Source of the DNA: Fimbriosthenelais zetlandica
Lineage: Eukaryota
Assembly: GCA_977030845.1 (NCBI GenBank)
Contig: OZ365109.1
Location: forward strand, 52,576,001-52,640,000
Direction of reading: 5' to 3'
Length of the DNA: 64,000 nt
Of the stretch, positions 25,601 through 37,600 are shown piece after piece. The notes under the pieces were generated by a model. The model saw nothing but the letters and a program-made list of their open reading frames with translations, searched no databases and was not told the origin of the DNA. The position numbers were made by a program, and so were the translations under genes. The stretch's first letter is position 1. Every line of letters starts with the position of its first letter.

Positions 25601-28600
25601 CATATTTCAAAAGAAAATATCTATCGGTAAAATTATTATTTTCAATAAAAGAAAATAGCATATACATGACATTGTAATAAGGATAATTTCCACAACATAT
25701 TCCATTTTTCGTGTAGTGAAAATAATGATCACTTTTCCAAAATTCACCAACGCAATTACGAAAGCCAGGATAATTTTTAGGATCACTTTAAATGGATAAA
25801 TACATGAAGCCTCAAAATGTTGTGCTTTTGCCAAATGACATTAAAAGATTTGTAGGATAGCACAGGTAATATAATGAAAGGGGGTGACAACTTTACCAGT
25901 GTGCTTGCCAGTATTGCTTGCATATATTTATATCAGAGAAAAATAATGACTTAAGTAAATGTTACTTGAACTTGTAGGCCTACTTACTTGATGTTTCCAT
26001 TTCTGGCCACTGGTCCCGTTGGATGTACATTCTTCACTTTCACCCGACCATCAGCGACTTCCACTTCAACGCCGATTCCAACAATGCCTTTCAGCACTTC
26101 AATATGGAAGGGTTCAGTCTCTGATCTCTTGTTTCTGACCACTCGGCTCAATGTTGGTAGGGTAGCAGATTTAATGGGCGATGGATGGTAAGGAGAAGAT
26201 GGACTCCTCAGAGAGGTTCTGATAGGAGAGTTACTGGAGGCTGAGCTAAGGTTATGGGAAGTGATGGTAGACAGAGGTTTGAGAGTTGGTAGGAGTCTGG
26301 GAGAAGGGGGTCTATTCACCTTGACAGGTGTGGTCAGGGGGGAATGAAGAGAAGGGGTGGAGGAGTAGAGAGGGGGTGTGGTCGATGGCATGCTGGTGCC
26401 TGTAGTTTTGGTAGTATAATCGTCTGATGATAAACTCAGGCTACTGGTTGCCTTTGTCGATGACTTGCTAATTGACACTTGTGTATGTCCCTTATTGTTA
26501 TCATCCACCACTGGTAAATGAGGCATGGATTCAGTCCTCCTAACTTCAGCTTGAATGGTTGTTGTCTTCATAACTTGAACTTCCTTTAAATGGGAGGTAT
26601 CCATGGGCAGATATTCATGGTCTGTGCTAGTTGAAATGTCTGGGTTGGAAGATCGCTTGTCGCCAGCTAATTCAGTGTACGTCAGTGTCTGAGTAACACC
26701 TGTGGATTCTTTAACAACCACTGAGCGAGTGTTACATTCAGTGCTTCTGTCCCCTTCTTCCTCTTCTTTCTTTCTCTCCACCACCTCCTTCTCCTCCTCT
26801 GCCCCCAGCTTGGAAATCACCTCGGCTGGATCATTGCATGCCTCACTAGCAAGCACCAATGACACGTCAGAGGGATCAAATACCTTTTCTGATCCTTCTA
26901 TCCCAGCAGTAGTTTCGGTATCATGGCTGGTTGCCCAGTCCACAGTCCGCTTGCTTACTACTGACTTAGGTCCCTCACTCACAGCTTGATCACCAGTGGG
27001 GCTCTCTGTCAAACTATCACTGTCACTTGATTGTGAGAAATCATCCGGGGTTAGACTACCTGTACAGGGTGCCGGGGCATAGCCACTGTCCAAGTTATCA
27101 CTACTCCCTCCACCATAAATCCCAACCTCATTAGGTGAATTCAAACTTTTTAATCCATCCTCCAACTCCTCCCTATCCTCTACCGACTGATCTGAGTCAG
27201 TTGAATCTGGGACCTTAATCAAACTCACTTCCACAACTTGATCTCTTTTCTCCATCCATTCCCTTGCTGCTGTCCCATAGGCTGTTGCGTTGACATTGTC
27301 AAACCCTTCTTCTCCCACTACAGAGATCTCGTTTGTGGATGACACATTGGCACTTGTTTGCTGGCTCCTCTCCGCCTCCTCCCCGGTTCCTCCCTCGTTC
27401 ATGTCTTCTTCACTAGACAAACTGAAGCTTCCGGGAATACCTCCGGTTTGGTGGTTGGGCCCTTCAGGTAAACCAACACGATCTAGTTGCTGATCTGTGT
27501 GGTAGATCACAGCGGTTGCCACCTCACGCTCCCCTAGCTCACTGCCCCTTCCACTAGTGATCCCATCTACACATACCTCACCTGTTTCTTCCTCTTTCTC
27601 TTCTTCTTCCTCTGAAGTCCACCCTGCAGGAGGAGGAGGGCAAAAAACAGGAGGGGGTTGATCTGCTGTTAAATGTTGAGATTGTTGATGTAAGGGCACC
27701 CTCATATCCTCTGAATAATTTATCACATCTCCCTCTGGTTCACTATGCTTGATCAGGACTTCTAGTACTTCCTCACTATTCCGACTATTATCAATTGAAT
27801 TCAAAGCGATAGGGCTTTGATCAATGGTAGTCGAAGTATCAATAAGCAATCCTTCAGGATCTTGTTGAACCGTGACAGTGGAATCCTCAGTCAGTTGCTG
27901 ACCCTGATTGCTTTGATCCGCCTCTTCCTCACTCTGTCCAATGCCATCAATGGTGTTTGTATGATGTGCCTTTAACAAGAAAGCTTCAGTATTCATATCG
28001 CCCTCATGATCCAGTATAGCATCTACTGTATGATCAAGGTAAACAGCTTTTGTTGTCATGCTAGCCATGGTGTAATTTTCCTCATTACCAACAGCTGGGA
28101 GGTGTGTCTCATGTAAAATCTCCCCTGACGTGTTGCCTCTATGAGAGAGAGTATGAGTAGTGGGTGTCTCTACCAATGCGATGTATTCTTCTTCATCCAA
28201 CGGCCTTCCTCTCACTGTCTGGCATGGGTCGGCTGGTCGCCACGCATTATACACCTGCCCTGAATGCATGGTAATTGGGGCCTGGGTATCAGCAGCACCA
28301 CATGCTTGGCTGCCTCTACCTCTACCACCACTCCCACCCTCACCACCACTCTCACCTTTCACCTCAGCCTGCCATATTAAGGCACTGTCCTCATAGCTCG
28401 CATGCCTTTCACTCTCAGGCAAAGGTACATCAATCAATTGTCTTTCCAAATCCTCAAATGGATTCAGCAAATCACTACTAGTTTCTCCCATGTCCAGTTG
28501 AGGGGATTGCCTATCTGTATCTCCAAGATGGGTTTCTGTCCATTCACTAACGGGAGAAGTGGTGGTCAAAAGGTCAACAGATCCTATCAACCCAGTTTTG

Positions 28601-31600
28601 CTGTTGCTACCAGATCCCTCACTTTGTAAGACGGGATCCAGCAAGTCCGAAAAGCTTTCTGGGTTTTGTTGATTGTCTTTGTTGCTAAAACCTTGAGGCT
28701 CATTGGAGTAGGGGTCAAATGTAGTATACCTGCCTTGTTTAAGGGGTAACTTAGTCAAAGTAAAGCCACTATCTCCAAACCCATCTAATTCCTCTAAAGC
28801 CTCCATTTTAGCCTGGTCCTCTTTAAGAAGAGAATCAAAATCCCTGGGTGGGATTTGGCTAAGCATGGAGCTGTGAGTGCTGCTTATTTCACCCCCTAAC
28901 AAAACCTCACTGCATGAAAAACTGACTATATCATTGCCACTCGAAAGGTCATGGTTGTTTGACTCAATGTAAGGTTGCAAGTTGGGCAATGAAGTTTGAG
29001 AAATATCCCCAGGCGATTGTACTTTATGACTTGTTATTTCAGCAGTTAAACTGTCTGTATTGCAGGCGATATCAGGACGATCTTCACCCTCAGTAGTGTT
29101 TGAGGTTTGAAGCCAAGTGTCATCCATTTGATGGAACGAGGCTGCAGCAGAAAAGGCCATCAGATCTGGCAGGGGCGGAACACTGGTGGTAGATGGTGGG
29201 GGCCCACTGGGTAATGGAGGAGGTGGTGACTCTGGAAGCTCATATTCCAAATTACCATCTTTTATCGAAATACTTTCTACACCTAAAACATCAGTTTGCT
29301 TTATCATTTCTTCAATCTGAGGTGTTGATGTTGTTTCTTGACCCGTTGGAGGAGATCTTTTGCGTGAAAACACTGGGGGGTAATCATCTAGTTCATCATC
29401 TGTGGAATCCCCAAATGATGGGATGGGAGGGGGAGGACCTGAGGGAGGGGGACCGAGAGGAAGGGGTGGAGGCATTTCAGAATCACTGTGTGAAGTTTCT
29501 ACATCAGAATCCATGCTTCCTGCTTTAGGGGAAGTTGGAGACAGCGGTAATGGCGGAGGATCCAAGTCTGCCACGGGTTGACTTAATGGCTTTGGCACAT
29601 TTATGTCAGTCTTTCTTTCCTGAATGCGGTCACTTTCAACTTCAGAAGCAGCCTCGAGCGTGTGACCTATTGACTTTGTTACATTTGATATTTGTTGTGG
29701 ATTGCCCTTTTCCCGTGAAAGCGATGGACTAGTTGTTGTAGATTGCGAGATACCATTGAAAGTCTCTGGGTACTTGCTGGGGTGAGCTCCCTCTCCTGTA
29801 CTCACTGAACTGCCATGAATCACAGCTTGATGTATGTGGATATTGGAGGAGGACTGGAGCTGGAGGCCATTATTTGCTCCTAAAGATTTACTTTTGTTCT
29901 TAACTGACCCTAAACCCTGATTACCATTGGTGTCATCACTGTCCTGACTAGTGGCTGGCGGGGATCTTCTATTACTGGAGACAGGCGACTGTCTTTGGTT
30001 TTGGGATGATCTGAAACTTCTCCGATAACCCAGTCTGACTTGAGAATTGGCAAACACCTGGTTCTGGTGGACTTGTGTATCAAGATCTAATATTTGATCC
30101 CTGCCGGTATTGCTGGAGTCCTCCGACTCGGCCCCCAGCCCGTGTTCATGTTCTACAAGGCTCTCACTAGACTGGTAGTCACTGTCCTTGGAGGACCAGT
30201 CCTTGAGGCTGGCCGGGGTACCTGTTGAATTGTTTAGGTTCTCTGAACTGCCTCTCGAACCTAAACCACCAGTATCCACAGCCAAATCTCCTACACTCAC
30301 CTCCTCCTCTCCTTCTGATTTACTGTCCCCTTCCAATGAGTCTTGTCTGAGGATCTTCAGATTGACCTCTTCTGTGGTCTGACACAATATACTCATGCAC
30401 TGAGTTTGGTCAAGTCCCCTCAGGCTATTACCATTATAAGAAAGAAGGCGATCTCCAACTTCTAGTCCTCCTTCACAATTGCACACACTATCCGGTAACA
30501 CAAACTTCACCTGAAAAGATAAAAAAAAATAATTGATTGCTTATAAATGGCCTTCTGTTCTATTCAAACGTTGTCTGGGTATACATTTTATGTGTCAGAT
30601 CCGCGATTTAAACTGATAAGGCACATGACACCATTTTCAGGGTACAATTATCCTGGTTCAATAAATAGGAAGCACTGTCAAAATCAAGAATGGACCTCAT
30701 ATGTCCCATTCAACACTCTATGTGAATCATTCTCATTTTTTATTCTGCTCATATATATGACCGCATCATGTTACGTTGGAACGCAACGTGATAATGCTGA
30801 CAACATATGTCACGTGTAAATTAACATGTGTACAGAAGGCAAAATAGTGAAAACTGAGAGTGGGAACATATTGAGTAGGTTATGGTTTATTTGATGAGAA
30901 TGGCTGAACTCAAGTTTTATGTATGAGAGAGAGGTTGAAGGTGCGAGGTCACATTTCGCCCTCGTTCGTGATCATCTGTAACCACTTAAAAAGTACATTT
31001 AATTTATCTCATGGAAAGACGGATACGCTTGACAAGCAGAGACATACAACTTTTGCCAACTACCTTTCTGACTAACTGATAAAGTTACAAAGTTGCAATA
31101 CACTATTCAAGTTTTTTGCACACATACTACTTAGTTTCTCACCAAATATATACTAGCTCATGAAAATACAGCACAAGAAGTTGGTTTGAATTCATGGCAT
31201 GATTTTCCTCGACTAAGTGTTTACAAGTCTCTCCAACTGTTATTTTATGCACATGTAAAAACTGAGAGATTAACAACTTTTTTCTGTCATACATTTCCTG
31301 TGTTTTGCCAAGATATTAACACATATAGTGTCAGGAACAAATACCTCCGGTATATACTTTACATAATGATTATAAGGCAACTCTTAGGTCTTGATCTGAT
31401 TTATATTGTTTCCTGTGAATCTGCTCTTGCCAATATCACTTATAAAGAGGGATTTATTGTACATTGTCGAAATACAATTTATACATATAAGGGGACATTG
31501 GTGTTCAGCGCACATACTGAGAAAAGATTGAGAAGGATTCATTTTCAGAAAGGAACCTGCCTGATTGTCTGCGATCCCAATATACACGAATACAAGCTCC

Positions 31601-34600
31601 ATTTTCAACTTATGGAAGAGATTTATATGCAAAGGCTGTCTTCAAAATGAAAAAGATCCATAGTTAACGGAGTTTTATGTCTATAAAATACACATGTGCA
31701 TATAGTTGTAAAGAGCTTTGGTAGAGCATTGACAGTATTAGCCTGAGGGAAAGACGAAGGCTGGGCTATCTGAGTCTTGTTTGTTCACCAATGTCACAGT
31801 TCATACAAGGAGCCTTAAACATATTGAATGCCTTTTGTAACATGGTCTTTTCATATATGTCATTTCTCGGGTTCCACCTCTTCAAATACTCTCAATGAAT
31901 CTCAATAGATCAGATGATTAGTACAAGTGTAATATCAACAGCCAGACTTATAAGTCTATGAGGAAGCTCTAAAGGAAGGCAATTTCAATCTAAGCAGTAG
32001 CCCTGATATTCATATTTGCTCTTCATTTTGGTAAAACGCAAAAGGTAATACCAGGAGGAAATGGATTGGAATCAGAAAAAAACAGGAAGATGACAGTACA
32101 TACAAGTGTCCACTGTACGCAGGTAACAGTGTTCAACGTCATCACTGTTACATTTGAGGATGTGGGATGGAGGGCAATTTCTCTTGTAAAGCAATTTCAA
32201 AGAACACACTTTCAGCAGCACAATCAAGACATTTTCCTCAAGAAAGATGTGCCCACACAGGTCTAAGAAATATCTTTCAAAAACCTGTGTGCATGTCATA
32301 TTTCTGTCAGACCAAAGTACACAGTCATTGAATCATGAACAGGTTTCTTCTAGGTGCATTGGAGACGTTTTTGTGTCATAATAACATTGTTATGATAGGC
32401 ATATGTCAGACTCGGCTGTTATAAAACCAAGAGCCACACAATGTGAGACTTTCTTCCTCCTCAGAGGTAAACAAAGCCCGATTTTTATAAGAGACAAGAC
32501 TTGTCATTTGGCAAAAGCAAGATTCCTACATGTCCTGGTAAAAGACAGAAGAGCAACTTTGATCCCCAGATAATTTCTTCTATAAGAAAATATGGTTTAG
32601 AAATTTATCTTGGTTTTAAAGAATTAATGCTGAGCAAACACAGATCAGAAGTGAATCCCTGTCCACAGAGGTTTGAGACCACACCAAGAAGTTGGGGGAA
32701 AAATAAGGACTAGGCACTGAAGTGGATTGGCGTTGCTTTTGACTGGTGTCAAAAGACATTACATTCTATGAATGACAAAATGCGCCAAGGGAGACACCTT
32801 TCTGACATCTACCACCGAATGGAAGGCTTAACAGAGGTACAGAATACTATAGAATTGCTGGAGCCATGTCTAACCTCAGGCAGATAAGTATTACCCGCAT
32901 GATAGTTGAAACAGACCAAGCTCTACCATTCCCAACCTGGGTCTGTACTTAAAGGCAAAAGCAACAGGTTATGTTGATGATTTAGTGGGGCTCAGTGCCA
33001 GACCAAAGAAAGCACTTGGCCAGCGGATTGGTCCAAATATGGATCACACACCTCTTTCACAGGACCAGACAGACAAAGTATTGGATATACATCATAGTAT
33101 GGAATGTAAAGTACAGTGGAGTCCGCCTATAACGAACACGCTTAAAACGAAATTTCGGTTATAAAGAACTGAATCCCAAGAACCGATTCATTCCCTGTTA
33201 AATCTAATGTAATTTGGTCCGCATATAACGAATTGGCTATAGCGAATTTCCCGCTTATAACGAAGTGATTTCAGGAACAAATTGAGAAAAAATCCGCCTA
33301 TAACGAAGTCGGACACCTCATCAAAGGTTTTCTTCTGTAGTAGGAAGGGCTTCAGCTTAAAATTCGTTAGTACTGAACTCACACGTCACTCCACCCACAC
33401 AAACACCCCTACCCACCCACCTCAAACTCAAAGAACCCCTCTACAATCACCTGTGATACAAGTGTCATGAGTCAGTCCCCACGCCTGAACCCCCACCCTC
33501 TGCTAAAACAAAGCTTCCATGACATAACTTAATCCCACATCAAAGCTCAGACAATAGTCCCCAATCCCAACAACCAGACTCCCGGGCACCACCGACTGAC
33601 CAGGTGAGACGGGTCAGCGTGGGTTTGGTAAATTGAAGTTAAACTTCCATTTGGTTACAAAAAAATCAAATAAGAATTCCACAAAGATATTTCATAATGG
33701 TTAGCTTAGCAGTCAGTGTATTTAAAGAGATGTATTTCGCATAATACAGTTTCTTTTCTCATGTAATCATGTCTTGTAATCCCCTGTTAGGCTAATTACT
33801 GCCTGCACCCCCGCCTAGCGGCTGATAGGGACACTAAGTTACTCTAAACGCTTATAGCGAAATTTCGGTTATAACGAATTAAAGTGCTGGAACCAATCGC
33901 TTCGTTATAGGCGGACTCCACTGTATTGCTATTTGGCCTGGTGACTAGCTGACGACTGTGAAGGACAAAATAAATATTTTATCAATGGGAGACCAACCTA
34001 AATAACACAAGAAGGGATGATCGATAATGCTGGGGTATTAAGTGATTGATTCAGGCATGTTGAGATGTTATATAACATCAGGGGATCAAGTGTAATTTTT
34101 GGGGCAAGACATGCATTCTTGGTATGGGGTGGTCTTGTTGAATGGAGAATGATACCTACCTTCTATATTGTTACAACCATTATAGAAGATCTCAGAGCTT
34201 ACTGAGAAGAAACTTGGTATGCGAGAGAGTAAATAAAGTAGCGTGTGAGAAGGAATTTCGCAAGTTATGTCATGAATGATTTCCATAGTTACTTGAACTC
34301 CACAAGCAAAGATGTCAATAGATCCTGCATGTTGCTGTATAACAGCGTGAATTGTAACACCACAGTACAAAACCGACATTCATGGGTAGTCACACTCACC
34401 TTTGCAAGTCCTTATAATATTAGTGCCTTTGATAAGGTTTATGTATGACTCCTACAATGAATGAATTTTAGTGAGTGCTCATCTCATTCATATCCATCCT
34501 AATAATGCTGGTTAATATTTATAAGACTTACAACTATGATATAATTTACATCACTTACATCTGGCGCCTTTTCTTTTGACCCTTAGCATAGAGCCATGTG

Positions 34601-37600
34601 TTTAACAAAGTAAAAGATGGTCCATTGGATACTTTTGAAGATGTGCCAGATGGTATGAAAAATCACAGTAATATATTATAATATCATGGATCAGGCACAA
34701 CTACTCATAACCTTGTCACAAACCTAACAGATGTCATGACCTAAAACATCAGGTTTTTCCATCTATTCAAAGATTGTAACGAAAATATGTCTTACTTCTG
34801 AATAAATTAGGACTCACAGATGGGACCTCCTTTAAAAACTTAAACCAATGAAGTAACCTCTGAGCATGCTGGCCTTTTTGTTCGAGATTACGCTTGGGAT
34901 GGGACTCGAACAAGCTCATCGGAAATGACACTGAATCGCTCGTGAAAATATATCATGACTTCCGATCTCAAGAGAGTGGTTTTTAAAGGGAATATAAAAT
35001 GTCTAATAAACATGTAAAATATGTCGGCCTCACAATGGCCTCTGTTTCTGAGAGCATGATAAATACAGAGGAGCTATTTGTGAAGACAAAGGCTGTGCTA
35101 TATCGTTCTTTGAGTCTCGTTGCGTGCCAGATTCTTCATACCCTTCACAGTTTGGTCTGCCACAGGGCGCTTTTCTTGGGCTTTTATGTCAGCATATCAA
35201 GCTTATTTGATTCATCATCCTTACTTGCCTGACAGGTAACCTTGGCAAAGGTAAACACCCTCACAACACACCGCAGTCCAAACACTGGTTGCCATAGTGA
35301 ACACTAAATCATTTCAGTTCCATACATCTAATATCTTTGAAGATAAACAGTAACAAACTTTTGCAAGGCCGTAAAGTTTCTCATGAAGTTGAATGCTTTT
35401 TCACGGTTTTTTGCTTACTGCCTTTTGAAGCACAGGCCCCAGACTCAAATATAAATCCCAAGTCATGCATGTTTAAACACTTGCTCATATAAAAGCCATT
35501 TTTTATGTGTGATGCTCGTAAGTGTATCGTATACAACTTAGTCCTTCTTGGTGGAAAAAATGGCATTCATCTCCTTACAAATGGATGAGTCCTTGAAATG
35601 TGTTTTCAGCAAGGGGTCGAGTTGGAGCGCCCTTTGCCCCGATCAGGCAAGTCAACAATGCACGCAATATCGTGGGAATAGGGGATTTGTGGTCAGAATT
35701 TATGGTTGATGTATATATGACAGTTTTCCTCAGTTATTCCATTTAAAGGATACCCATATAATATGTGTGTACACCTGTATTCAACACTATCAGGATAGGG
35801 GTGTCATTGAAGTCACAATACTGGCTACCAGATGATAAGGCGTTTCCTTTAATATTATGAAATATTATTATAGCATTATAAAAGAAACTGCAATCTAGTT
35901 CCATACCTTTAACTAGGAAGGTAAAAATGTTACATGTATCTCAACATTACCTTTTCTTAGTAGCCTTCCAGTGTTTTTGCATATCCCAGAAAAAGCCAAT
36001 TTTAGTCCACACTTGTGTTTAGTCACATTGGATGGTTTTATTTAGTAAGGAATTGTGCTCAAAAGAGGATTGGCAAACCATTCTTCAAGATTACTTTACC
36101 ATGTAAAATAGTCCTGAACCAATAAGAAAACAAGGTACCCAGTACATATACCCGAGCGACACGAACTGCGGGAAAACCATCAGGCGTCCCGCATGGCTTT
36201 CTCTGCAGTCCATAAAGCCTGTTCCACCGTGGAAGTTTTCTGACTTCCCACCCGGTGAGCGGCCGCAGTATACCACCGCGCGACAAGCACAGCGTTTTTC
36301 TCGGGTACAGAGACAGCGTTATAACCTGGGGACGCTCACGCAGTATACCACCGCGGCAAAAGCGGATTCAGCATGGGGTCCCCCCTTTTTAGGATTAAAT
36401 TTTTTTTATTAGTTTTCTTAGGTAAAAGTGACCAGTCCTATTATTGAAATTGACCACGATATAGTTTCATTATGGAGTCTATATCATGGCCACAATCAAG
36501 AATAGTACCAGTCCTTGGTAGTAAGAAAGGCAAGATATACATTGTGCTTATGTATTTTTATTTTGCATAAAGATCACTTTGACATCATAATAAAATAAAT
36601 GTAGATATAATGATCCAATAAACGTGTAAAATGATGGACCAAACCATGCTATAAAATATGCTGATACACAATATTGATCATCAAGCATTCATCTCGGGTT
36701 AGATGAAACAGACGAAAAATAAGGTACCTCAAAAAAGGTACTTTTTGCATAATAAAATTTTACGAAAGATTCAATTATGCACAAGCTACATGGATTCACG
36801 CAGATGGGATAAATAATATTTAGCAACCCTAATTAATATCAATTTAAACTGAATGGTTAAAAGTGAAATAATGATGGGCCTAGTACTAAACCTTAAACCA
36901 GTCTGTTAAATACACAAACATACAATTATAGGGAGGAAAATGTTCCAAACAATTATGGATCTGTGTAGCTGATAAGAAAAATTAAATGTTAGGCCTACAT
37001 TTCCAGGGTTGCAGTAAGCCCTAAAAAGGCGGGATAGGAGCGTTGGGGTAATGGGTTTTAGGTAGAAACAGAGACGTAGGGAGAGGGGGGGCGAGATGGC
37101 AGTCGGGGGGGGGAGAACCAGGGGTGATACTGAGAGGTGGATATGAGAGACGATGACAGGGTAAAGAAGGAGAGGAGATAAGGAGTAGAGATGGGAGACA
37201 AGAGGGGTGAACGCGGGGGAAAAGCAAAAGGGGGTGATAATGAGCAGGGAACGTATGGGGGAGGAGCAGGGAGGGGAGAGGGGAGGAGGGAGGGGAGGGG
37301 GAAAGAGGAGGGAGATGAGATCAGAAAGAGACAAAGACAGGTGGATCAGGGAAGGCATGGATGAGAAGGTTACTGAGTAGAGGAGGTAGGCGGATGGATG
37401 GGGAGGAATTATGTTTTAGTTTAAGTTTTCATTTTCACAGATAACAATATGTTTATACAAAGATTTAATCTTTTCATCTAGTCTGTTTCTAGAATTAATT
37501 TCCATTCTGACTGGTAGTTGAGTCGACGAGTTATGAGAATATGGTTCCTTCTTTATACACAAACTGATGCGTTTTGTTGTTCGATTGGTCAAGTCTTCAT

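Noticed and set aside
25988-30382. Plus-strand ORFs inside the 4523-bp exon
   Set aside because: Antisense shadows of the real minus-strand exon.
31186-31650. 154-aa plus-strand ORF
   Set aside because: No recognisable motif or splice context; it lies next to a decayed LINE and is probably a chance or relic ORF.
36906-37358. 150-aa Pro/Leu/Ser-rich ORF
   Set aside because: Translation of the purine-rich simple-sequence tract.
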